Assembly: GCF_016432865.1 (NCBI RefSeq)
Contig: NC_067403.1
Coordinates: 241,180,001 to 241,244,000 of the forward strand
Origin: Antechinus flavipes
Taxonomy: Eukaryota
DNA: 64,000 nt
Direction: 5' to 3'
This document shows positions 24,001 to 34,205 of this stretch, in pieces. The position numbers and the translations under genes were made by a program. Positions within the stretch are counted from its first letter, which is position 1; each line of letters starts with the position of its first letter. Below the pieces are notes generated by a model that saw only the letters and a list, made by a program, of their open reading frames with translations, was not told the origin of the DNA and did not search any database.

Positions 24001-25355
24001 CCCCACAAGGGCAGAAACCAGCAGGGAGCCTCGTGTTCCCCCAGGTGGGGCCAGGCAAAGGGAGGCACCGGCCCTCTCCCAGAACCACCCTCTCTGGGTC
24101 CCCAGGCTCACCTCTTGCCGGTGGTAGGAGGCGTTGAGGAAGCCCCAGTAGCGCTCCCGTAAAGCCTGGCCCAGCTCCCAGTGCTGGAGCATCCCCTCCT
24201 GCAGGGCAGACCCGAGGGTGGGTAAAGCCACAGAGCCCAGCACTTTCAGGCCCCGAGGACCAGCATTCCCAGGTGAGCCACACCTGGCTCCAGCCAGGCA
24301 CGGAATGCGGCCAGGTCAGGAGGACTGCAGGGAGCCCGAGGACAAGGCTTCCTCAGCAGCTCTGTGCCCAGGCCGGGCCCTCCCCCAAAATACTTGAGCG
24401 CATTAAATAAAATACTTAGGATCACACAAGAAATTGACAACCGTTATCAAAGCATCAATAAAGCAAACTCCGAGGGTCCCAGTCCTGGGCGGGAGCACCC
24501 CACAAACCTTGGTGAGCTGGCCGAAGCCTTGGGGCCATTCGCTCTCCTGGTAGGGGTCCTTAGGATAGGCCTTGACGGGGGACCGATCTCCGTGGCGGTA
24601 CAGCTGAGGAAGGGAGCACCTGCTCACCCAGAGGGTTCTGAGCACCCCCTTACTGCCTGTTTACCCAAGTCCAGCCACACATTCAAAGCCCAATCCCATT
24701 CACCCCAAGTCCAAATCCTGACCTTGTAAACCTCAGGGCCCCCCACAGCGTCAGTGAGGGGACACTGAGCGTCTGGGGGAAGGGGAGGTGCAAAAAGGGG
24801 AAAGGTCAAGGTGGTGGGCACTCTTCAAAGCAGAAATACCCCAAACCTCTTCCCTCGACTGCCCCTCCCCCATCGCAACACGGCTCTCTCTCTTTCTCCC
24901 AACATCGATCCTCCCTCCTGATGCACAGACCCCTGCCCCCAAAGAGAACCGACTTCCTTACCCAGAGGTCTCTGTCCAGCATGCTGAAGCCCCCTGCCCC
25001 CAACAGTCGCTAGATTCCTCCCCCTCTCCCTAGCGCAGACCCCCCTCCTCAGACCCTAAGATGCCCAGGAGCCCCTCCCCTCGAACCAGACTCCCCAAGG
25101 CCTCCGTCCCGCCCGGGCCTGGCTCCCCCCGGCTTTTCCCGGCCCCCTCGCCCCCGCCCCTTGACCCTGCGTAGACCCCGTGTCTCTGCTCCCCATCTTC
25201 AGCACCAAAATCACGAAGCGGAGGCTCCGGGTCTGCGCGGGCGGCACCAGCGACAGCAGCAGCAGGAAGCCCAGGCCCAGACCCCTGCCCACGAGCAGCG
25301 GCAGCGGCGTTCCCCAGCGGCAGCGGCAGCGGCTGCCGGACCGTCCACCTGCCAT
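20896..25355 (-). CDS. ACP2: Lysosomal acid phosphatase, spliced CDS, 435 aa
   Basis: complement(join(20896-21029,21108-21283,21363-21469,21579-21661,22283-22415,22798-22887,22972-23070,23158-23310,24112-24198,24508-24603,25206-25355)) = 1308 nt. RHGDRSP catalytic motif, HD motif, TM helix [24 protein letters not shown], cytosolic GYRHV lysosomal sorting signal, C-terminus DGEDHA. Confidence 0.98.
21108..21283 (-). CDS. ACP2: ACP2 exon 10
   Basis: 176 nt, [10 protein letters not shown]...WDRECQ. Confidence 0.97.
21363..21469 (-). CDS. ACP2: ACP2 exon 9
   Basis: 107 nt, [26 protein letters not shown]. Confidence 0.97.
21579..21661 (-). CDS. ACP2: ACP2 exon 8
   Basis: 83 nt, [11 protein letters not shown]...PKLLVYSA. 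Confidence 0.96.
22283..22415 (-). CDS. ACP2: ACP2 exon 7
   Basis: 133 nt, [19 protein letters not shown]...KARLQG. Confidence 0.97.
22798..22887 (-). CDS. ACP2: ACP2 exon 6
   Basis: 90 nt, [11 protein letters not shown]...YDTLFCE. Confidence 0.97.
22972..23070 (-). CDS. ACP2: ACP2 exon 5
   Basis: 99 nt, [25 protein letters not shown]. Confidence 0.97.
23158..23310 (-). CDS. ACP2: ACP2 exon 4
   Basis: 153 nt, [24 protein letters not shown]. Confidence 0.97.
23345..23785. repeat. GC-rich minisatellite with a 51-bp unit and shorter variants, ACP2 intron 3
   Basis: Unit GGGGCCTCCCAGGACAGAGAGATGGCAAAGAGCGGGGCCTCCCGGCGATCC, repeated with GA-length variants. Confidence 0.95.
24112..24198 (-). 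CDS. ACP2: ACP2 exon 3
   Basis: 87 nt, [17 protein letters not shown]...HRQE. Confidence 0.97.
24508..24603 (-). CDS. ACP2: ACP2 exon 2 ([11 protein letters not shown])
   Basis: 96 nt, active-site motif. Confidence 0.98.
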
Positions 25356-25780
25356 CGCCGCCGCCGCCGCCTACTGAGAGGCCTGCGGCCCCGGAACCCT
25401 ATTCAAGACGCCACCGAAGCTGCCCGGAAGCGCGGGCCGGGGCACTCACAGGAAGCGCCAGAGCCGCCATCTTTTTTAAGGGGAAGGAAGCCGGGGCCGA
25501 GGGGAGGGGGAGGGAAATTGGCCTGTAAGTAGGCCGAGGGCTCCGGGGGGCGGGGCGGAGGAGCGTGGGAAAGGGCGCTAGGCCTCTGGCTGCAGACCCT
25601 GCTTTCGCCTTCCCTCCCGGCAGGAGGCGGGTCCCCTGAAACCCACAGGAGGAGAGGAAAGAACAGAGAGCGCCCTCCAGAGGCGGAGCGCGGCCGCGGG
25701 CGCGTGGTCTGCTGGAAGGCGCGGCTGGGGTGTCCAGATCGCGGGTTCGAATCTTGCTTCTGCAATTTTTGTCCGTATCG
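25080..25780. promoter_or_regulatory. CpG island, ACP2 promoter and putative distal NR1H3 promoter
   Basis: CpG-dense. YY1 motif GCCGCCATCTT at 25463-25473, CCGGAAG ETS motifs, + strand donor GTAAGT at 25525. Confidence 0.8.
25206..25355 (-). CDS. ACP2: ACP2 exon 1 (signal peptide ...RSLRFVIL)
   Basis: ATG in gcggcgATGg context, hydrophobic signal, donor GTGCTG. Confidence 0.9.
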
Positions 25781-27492
25781 CTTCACTTCTCTGGGCCTCT
25801 AAAATAAGGGGAGGGGAAAGGCCGGAACGAGTTGATCGGTCGGGTTCTTTAAAGCCTTCCTGCCTCTGTTTGGGACTGTTGGCCCCTCCATTGTGGCTGA
25901 AAGGCGCTTTCCTTTGTGTGGGTGAGCTCCAGCCTGGCCGTGGGCAAAAACCCAAGCCCAAGCGGTGGCTTCTTGGCGCGGTGGGTGTTCAGGCCACATC
26001 TATGCGGAAAGACACACACCCTTCCCTGCCCCACCGAAATCAGTTTCTCTGTGCCTCAGTTTCTTCATTTGTAAAACAGGAATCCACAGACACTGGGTGG
26101 ATCCAGTGGTGAGGATTGAAAGAGAGAATGTTGGCAGAGCGTGTTGAAAACCTTAAAGGTCTCCAGTATTACTGAACTAGTATTATTAATTAATTAATTA
26201 GTTAATTAATTAATAATTAATAAAGACTATAAGCTCCTTGAGGGCAGGGGCAGTTTGCTTCATGTGTTTGCATCTCCCAGGCCTACTGGCTTAGTGAGCA
26301 CTTTAAAAAAAAAAAATTCAAAAAAATGAATTTAAGTCTTCCCTCCATGCCTTGGTATCTTGGAACAGCACGAAGCAGGAGCTCAATAAATGCTTATGGA
26401 CAGACTTGTCAGCTGACTTCTACTTTTTTGTACTTTCCAGGGAGGAAGCAGCAGTCGCCCAAATGTCTGAAGCTTCCTCCTTGCTCAGGCTTGTGGTCTA
26501 CTCTGGGAAACTGTCCAGCCTTGCTTGTGATTGCAAGCAGGTGATTTCTCAGAATCTCTTTGTGGCAAATGGGGTTCCGTTCTTCCAGTGGTTAGTGGAT
26601 CACAGTGATCCACCGAGCCTCAAGCAGAACTAAGTGAGCTTAGCAAGATCACCAACTAATTAGTCTTCTCAAGGGCATGCAAGGATGAAAACAATTTCCA
26701 AAAGTATTACAAGAGCCTTTTCTCCCTCCGTGACAGTGGAACCAGCACACTTGGACTCTGATTTATTTCTTTGGTTACAGGAGGTATCCAGGGAAGGACC
26801 CTAAAGGAGGGAGTCTGATTCCCGGTCTACACCGTGGGGCAGAGGGTAGAATGAATTCAGTGCTACCCTAGTTCAAAGTCCTGCCTCTGACACTTTGTAG
26901 CTTGAGATCCTGGGCAAATTGAGTGAGTTTTGTGAGCCTGAAACTCATCTGCAAAAATAAACCTCTCAGGGTTGTTAGGAGGTTCAAATTTGATGTTAAT
27001 AAATTTTCTTTCGGAACTTTGTAAGATTCCAGAAAGTTCAGTTAGAGAAAACTGGCCTCCCAAGGTGCAGGATGTCACCTGTGGGTTAATGGGACTACGC
27101 CAGAGAGCCAAAGCTAGCAAGCTGGGGCTTGTGGCTGCAGCTGTGGCTTGAGTTGCTCTGCAGGTGCGCCTCCTGGGAGGGATCAGCGCTGGTCCTGTTG
27201 AGGCATTGCTTAGGCCTGCTGACTGGAACCCAACAGGAGTAGAAGGAGGCCCGGCTTGGAGTTGGATGTCAGCTCTACTACTTATTAGCCGTGGACGTGT
27301 CATTTCCCCTCTTTGTCTATAAAAGTGGTGGCTGGAGGAGGGCTTGGACATAACCTCTGGAGTCCCCTTCCAGCCTGACATCCCGCTGGGCAGTTTGTGA
27401 TTTTCTTATAGAGACTCCCTAGACAGAGAGATTTTTCAGCTGGTGATATTGGCTCAACAGAGTTGGCTCTGATCTCAGCCCTAGGGCAGAAG

Positions 27493-27975
27493 TTGTTGGG
27501 ACTTACTCAGTGGGAGAACACGGGGCACATCCCCTGGCTGTGTAGACAGGACCCAGCCTGCTGAGCCCACAGGACTTGTTGGGACTCAGTGGGAGAACAC
27601 GGGGCACATCCCCTGGCTGTGTAGACAGGACCCAGCCTGCTGAGCCCACAGGACTTGTTGGGACTCAGTGGGAGAACACGGGGCACATCCCCTGGCTGTG
27701 TAGACAGGACCCAGCCTGCTGAGCCCACAGGACTTGTTGGGACTCAGTGGGAGAACACGGGGCACATCCCCTGGCTGTGTAGACAGGACCCAGCCTGCTG
27801 AGCCCACAGGACTTGTTGGGGCTTACTCAGTGGGAGAACACGGGGCATATCCCCGGCTGTGTAGACAGGACCCAGCCTGCTGAGCCCACAGGACTTGTTG
27901 GAGCTTACTCAGTGGAAGAACATGGGGCATATCCCCTAGCTGTGTAGACAGGACCCAGCCTGCTGAGCCCCACAG
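27493..27975. repeat. Tandem repeat, about 6 copies of a 79-83 bp unit
   Basis: Unit starts at 27508, 27587, 27666, 27745, 27828 and 27910. Confidence 0.97.
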
Positions 27976-29629
27976 TACTGGTGAGCAATAGAGTTGAAAC
28001 CCAGAGTGGGCAAAGGAAAGATGTGTGATAATGTTAGGAGTTTTCGACCTGGGATCCGTGAACCTTTTATTTTTTAAAGCTTTTGATAACTATATTCCAA
28101 TAGAATTGGTTTATTCCACAATCGTATGTATTTTTTAAAAAGCTTTTCTTTTTACTAAAATCAAACATTACTTTTACTTTACTTTTCACTTTTAAAAATG
28201 TTTCACTTAGATTGCCGAAGGGCTCCGTGACACAAAGCCAGTTCAGAAGACCCACAAATCTAGCAGAAAGTCCTGGCTAGAATTTTAGGCCCAAACTGGG
28301 GCCAATTCCTGGCGTAGAGAAAGGAAGAAAAGAGAAGATGCTGGGAGAAGGGAGCCCCACTTTTGAAAATGTGGGGGGAGGGCAGGGACTCATTCCTTTT
28401 TGTCTTTCTTTCTTCCAGCACCCAGAACAGTGCCTGGCACATGGGCGATGCTTTAAAAACCTTGTTTTTGTGGCCCCAGAGATGAAATAGGAGAAGGCAC
28501 CTTCCCCTCGTAGGGGGATGGGGGATGATGAGTAGGGAACACTGTCTAGAAAATTGCATCCTTTTGATAAGTACATCAGTTCCACCAAACTTCCTCTCCC
28601 CCTTTCTTATTCTTTATCGTTGGGATGGAGCTTTGGGAGAGGGAGAGGCAGGGATGTCTTGGGAAGGAGACGGATGGGATGAAAATGAAACATACTGACA
28701 GTGTTTTGTCTTGTTTTTAAAAAGCTGTTGAGTTGAGCCGGACTAGCTCAGGGCGTTTCAGAGAGCATCCAAGAAAGCTTGGGGGAAGGTGGAGGCCCCG
28801 ATGGGGCCAGGAAAGAGGGTGGGGGACAGAGACAGGGGTTTGAGCACAGAATATCTCTGAGTCAGGAAGCTCCGGGTTTCTTTCTGTTCTAGAGCTATTA
28901 GGGCGTGGTGGGAACAGGGGACAAGGACGAGCAGGAATGGAGACCTTGGGCTGCTGATTCAGGGGAGCAGGAGGCTGGGGTATCCCCTACAGATGGCAGC
29001 CCTGGTCACAAGGCTGAACCGGGGATGGGGGGGCAGGATCTTGGGGAGAGGGAGGGGGTCACAAGGGCTTTTGGTCATGTGAAAATTCCTCTGGGGCAAA
29101 TTTGGTAACATCAGCCTGCCTTCTCTCTGGGCTGTCTCTCCTCCCTCTGTTCTCATAGCCCTCTCGGCTCCCCCTTCCCTTCCCAGTTTACCTCCTCCCT
29201 TCCCTTTCTGTTTTGCCTCATGCCTCCTCTGCCCCTTCTTTCTTCCTAAACCACCCACTCCTGTTCAAATCTCCCCTTTCGCTCGCTCCTTCCCAGCACC
29301 CTCTTCTCCTTTCTGTCCCTCCGCCCCAGTGACCAGTCCCCCTGCCTGCTGATGTTTAATTGTGGGACCCATGGGAACCGAATTCACAGCAAAACAGGAA
29401 GAAGGCAGTAAGCAGAGGGGTGGAGGCAGGGGTGAATGGCCAGGAGTAACCTCTCGCTTCTCTCTCCCACAAGCTGTCCCAGAGCATCCTGCCTTGTTCT
29501 CAGCCTCTCCTCAGGGGGCAGCCCCAAGGGGCTGGGTTCGGATCCTGCCCTCTGATGTGTGAGCCAGCTCTGGCCTGGGCCTCGGGCCCACCATCTGTAA
29601 AAAAGAGGGAGCTGACACGTGGACGTGTA

Positions 29630-29930
29630 TAAAATGCATCTATGTATGCATTCTCAAACATACAAGCCCATGCATTCATATGTATAAACATATATGGATG
29701 CAGCACACATTGAGATGGCAGAAAATACCTAGGCACCCGGCAGGTGAGTACGTACACTGTGAGCATACATACGTGTGCAAACACACACATGTAATATCCA
29801 TGCAGGGGTGGATATACCCCAAGTATACAAATACATGTGTATGTATACACGCAAACATGCATATGTGTGTGTGCTCACACATAAATGTATGTATGCATAT
29901 GTATACAAATATTCTGATGGCAAATGTGAG

Positions 29931-29967
<37 letters not shown>

Positions 29968-30000
29968 CACACACACACACATACATACATACATGTCCCA
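29630..30000. repeat. TA/CA/TG low-complexity tract with a (GT)n core
   Basis: Read directly. Confidence 0.9.
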
Positions 30001-32499
30001 CAATGCACGCCGAAGTGGGAGATGGAAGGTCAAGTCAAGAAAACATCAAATAGGTCATTTTGTTTATATTTACTCATATCATCTCTCTTATAGAATGTAA
30101 TCTCAATGAGGACAGGCCCTGTTCCACTTTGTCTTTGCGTTTCCGGTGCTGTGGGAGGCTCTTAGTCAATGTGCACCGATTGGTTGGGAGGTCCATTGTG
30201 AAGCTGGGAAGCCCTGATATATGAAGGTTAAGGGCAAAAAGCAGTTTGATGAGTGGGGAAAGGAGGCAGGAAGAGTTTGGTTTGTATTCTCTTCCTTCCC
30301 ATATATTGATTTTGGGCAAATCACGAAGCTCTTGGGGCTCCAGTGGTAGCTGCAGTCTGTGGAAGGCGCTTCCCCCCCCCCCCTCCAAATCAGTGAAATC
30401 ACAATTGTGGACTAAGATCTAGGCCGAGTGAAAGGCCTTCCCCAAATGTAAGGCCATGATGACTATTCCCATTCTAACTGGTGCTCCAGAGCGGGCCTAG
30501 GGAGCAGGGAGCCTGGAATGGAGCCTCATGGAACTGCACAGCTGGGGCGGGCTGGAGGTGGCGGAGCCTCGAAGGGGCTGAGAATCCTAAGAGGAAGAAA
30601 GTCGTAAGGGCCGAGACTCAATGTCTACAAGTAGCTAGGAATGAATGCCCCCTCCCCCCCCCACCCCATACCAGCCACTGGGGATGAAAAATAAAACAGA
30701 AACGTGGCTTCCTCTGGGAAATTACATTCTCACAGAGACGACAGGATGGAAACCTCTCCTTTTACAGATGAGAAAACCAAGGACAAAGAGAAGACGTGGC
30801 CTGTACAATTCAGAATACTTGTCTCCCATCCTCTACCAGCTAACTTAATCCGTATTCATCCTCCAACCGATTTTGTTCAGCATCCTACAGTGTCTAAGGC
30901 CATTGCCTCCGTGCCTCGATGGATCAGTGTTTGAAAACGTTTCCTCTCCAGGGGCGGAGGTTACCTAGGAGTTCATAAAGCGGAAGCACTCTTAAGTCAC
31001 TTTTGGGCCCAAATCCATGAGCAGCCGGAGAGCAATTCCTCCATTCTTATCCCACCCAGCCAGACAATTCGATACTTTCATGGGAACTTCTGAAATGGAT
31101 ATTCCTTCTATCCTGCAGATCCATAAAGTGGGGAACTGCCAAGGGAACACGACTGTTTGCTGACTTGTCCAGTCTGATAACTAATGTTGACGTGGGAACT
31201 TAGGTCTTGGGAGTCCTAGTCCAGGCCTTTATCCCCCACCCACAACAGGCCCTGGGGATCCAAAGGTGAGCATGTAAGTGATGGAGAATTTGCTTACATT
31301 TTAATAATGGGCTGTAGAAGCCAAACCCATAAATAAAAACATATAACCATTAGGGGAACTGGGAAAGATGGTTTAGGGGAAGTGTTCCTTGAGCCTTGGA
31401 GGAAGCTAAGGATTCTGGGAAGGGGAGGGGAAGGGAGAGGCCCCTCTGGGTTAGGAAGACACCCAGCAAAGATCAACAGGTGGGAGATGAAAGGGTTAGG
31501 GTTAGGAAATATCATTTGGGTTGTAACATGGAGAGTGTGAAGGGGAGCAATGTTGAATGATTGGAAAGTTAGGTTGGAGAGAGTAATTGTGGGAGAGATG
31601 GATAAAAGTGCTGGTTTTGGAGGCTCCGCTGCCCCTGCTCAGTGTGACCCTGAATAAATCACCTAATCTCTGCTCCAGATAGTTCTGAGATTGAAAAATG
31701 GCACAGAAGTAACTGGCTGAGGGAGTTCCTTCACGCCCAGGAAGGGAAGTGGGGGTGAGGAGAAGAGGACAAAAGAAATCGGGACTGGAACCTGACAGTG
31801 GGGAGCTTTACATGCTCGATAAAACTGTTGCGGCCAGAACTGATCTAACTGCTGCAAGGAGTTCGTTCCTACTTAGTGAAATCCTGCGGGGCAGGAACAG
31901 GCTTTCGTACTTTCGTTTGCATACTTATCCCTAACCTCCAGGGCTGTGCTTTAAAGGGCAAATTACATTATCTCCTTCACTCCTCGCAATTACCCCGAGG
32001 AGGGTTATTATCCCATTTTAGGGACGTGGAAATTGAGTTGAGAAATCAAGGAACACCTTCTGGACTGTCGTGAAGATCCAATGAGATGATATTTGTAGTA
32101 TTTAGCACAACGGCTGACACATAGTAGCTCTATTCAAATGGTAGTTATTTTTGTTATTGTTATTGCCAGTGTCACACACTGGAACGTGCGTTCCGGTCAG
32201 AATTCGAACTCACATCTTTATGATTCCGAGTTTTGCACCCAGCGGGCTGCCTCAAAGTAGTCTTTAATAGCACCTCAGGGTTTTCCTCCCTCTTCAGCTC
32301 ACCTAGGCTCACAACTACCCTTCCAGGTAGGGGCTGCCCATAGTCTTCATCTATATTCCTATTTTTATCGATGAATAAACTGAGGCTCGACAGTTTCAGC
32401 GGTTTAACCCAGCTGGTAAAAGCTCAGCTCGGGGCTCCGAGGCAGGACTTCCTAACTCCGAGCCCAGCTCTGAGTCGCCATTTCTAGAGCGCTTTGGAA

Positions 32500-33900
32500 A
32501 CGATTCCTGCCAGCCATCCCGCGATGGAGGCGGCCGTTATCTCAACCGCTTTTTACAGACAAGCCCGGGCTCCGAAAGCTGGTGCGTACCCGAACCCAGG
32601 CGTCCGGGTCTAGCGCTTTGCACTCGAGGTCATTACTCCCGGCGACGCAAAGGGAGTTGTAGAGAGTTCGAGGACCGGGTCTGGAATCGACTTTTGCACG
32701 GGCGAGTCACCGGCTGTAAAAACCGAGCGCTCGCGCTTGCCCGTGACCTCCCGGTCCTTCCCAGCTCCGGGCTTGCGCCCCCACCCCCCAGCTCGGGCCC
32801 CGGGCGCCGGGGCGCGCAGGGGGTGGGATCGGCGGCCGCTCCGAAGTTCGCTTTCGCTTCCCACCTGCGCGCAGGGCGGCTCTCCGGGGCCGCTCCCGGG
32901 CTGCCGCCTCCGGGCCAGGTAGTCCGGGGCTGCCGGGCGGGAGCGGACAGAGCCTTGGCCCCGGCCCAGAGGGGGAGGTTGCGTGCGTGTGGGCGCTCGC
33001 CAGTTCGCGGGTGTCGCAATCGCGGGCCGGAGCAGCCAGCAGCGCCGGGACCTTTGCTCTGCGAGTTGTGTCCGGAGCGGTGTCTCCGGGGGTGGGGACA
33101 GCGGCCCGGCTCCGAGGCTGCCGGGATTGGGCTGGGGGGACCGGGAGGGCAGCGCAGGGCGCAGGGGCACCCCGGCCAGGGGGTGAGGACAGGCGGGGAG
33201 CAGCGGCGCGGGCCCCGCCGGGGGGGATGGGGGATGGGGGTGTCGGCCGGGCGGGGGGAGGGCTGGGGAGGAGTCAGGGGGGGTGGGAGGCTGCCCCCGG
33301 GAGGCCGGATCCCGGCCGGCGGGCAACGCGGAGCTTGGCAGCAGCCGGGGCTGTTCCAGCAGACGCCCTCTGAGCCCCTCCCCGCTCGCAGCCTTTCCCC
33401 CACATTCACTTCCCCGGGGGGCTCTGGCTCCCTCTCCACTGCCCAGCTCCAGCTCCCGGCCGCCCGCGCTCCGAGGGACTGCAGCGACCTGCCTGCCCGG
33501 CGAGGGGGCTCCGGAGGCACCGTGCAGCCCGGGCAGCCGGCCTGCAGATCTGGTGGGTCCCAGGGCCGGGGCGGGGGCAGTTTCCTTGGAGGGGGTTGGG
33601 GGGGGCTGGCAGAGCTGGTTGCCAAGCCGGTCTGGGCCGGGCGGGGGAGAGCTGCGCCGCTGGTACTCGGACAAGAGGGGCTGGGGGGCGGGGGGAGCGC
33701 TTCCCGGGCCAGCTCTGTTGGGCTCCCAGGAAGCTTCCTCCCAAGTACTCAGCAGGGCCGGGCGCAGGCGGCGGGATGAGGGGAAGGGGTCTGGGGAGTT
33801 TTCCCGAGGAGGGAGAAGTCCGGGGTCCTATTCCGGGGTGCCAGGAGGTGGCAGCAGCAGGCGGCTCATTGGCAGCTGGTCCTCCAGGAGTTAAGCCAGT
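32500..33900 (+). promoter_or_regulatory. CpG island, proximal NR1H3 promoter and non-coding exons
   Basis: CpG-dense region directly upstream of the ATG exon at 34122. Confidence 0.75.
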
Positions 33901-34162
33901 GACCTGCCCCATTGGCAGGAGTTCCGTCCCCTGTCCTGATTCAGCTGGGGCAGGCTCCATTAGCTCAACCCCGGCTTCCAAGTGGGGCACGGAGAGGGTC
34001 CCCCGCAGGGTGGGAAACAGACCAAACGCCCCCACGGCAGGGAATGCAGCCGCTAGAGGCCTGACCCCTCTCGGGTTCAGGGTGAGCTCCCTGGGCGCCC
34101 TAACCCCGTGTCTCCCCACAGGACCACGGCTCCTCTGGGGATGTGCAGAACCTCAAGAGGAG

Positions 34163-34205
34163 ATGTCCTCATGGCTGGGGCCACCTGTGCCTGACATCAC
34201 TCCCG
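34163..34205 (+). CDS. NR1H3: NR1H3 first coding exon (exon from 34122)
   Basis: 43 nt, [14 protein letters not shown], donor GTAAGC. Confidence 0.93.

Noticed and set aside
27493-27975. CRISPR-like appearance of the regular repeats
   Set aside because: No unique spacers, no cas genes and a eukaryotic context. It is a plain tandem repeat.
31492-31506. (GGGTTA)x2 telomere-like motif
   Set aside because: Only two units; expected by chance.
25800-34100. DR4 LXR autoregulatory element upstream of NR1H3
   Set aside because: Visual scan found no convincing DR4. A PWM scan is needed before concluding it is absent.
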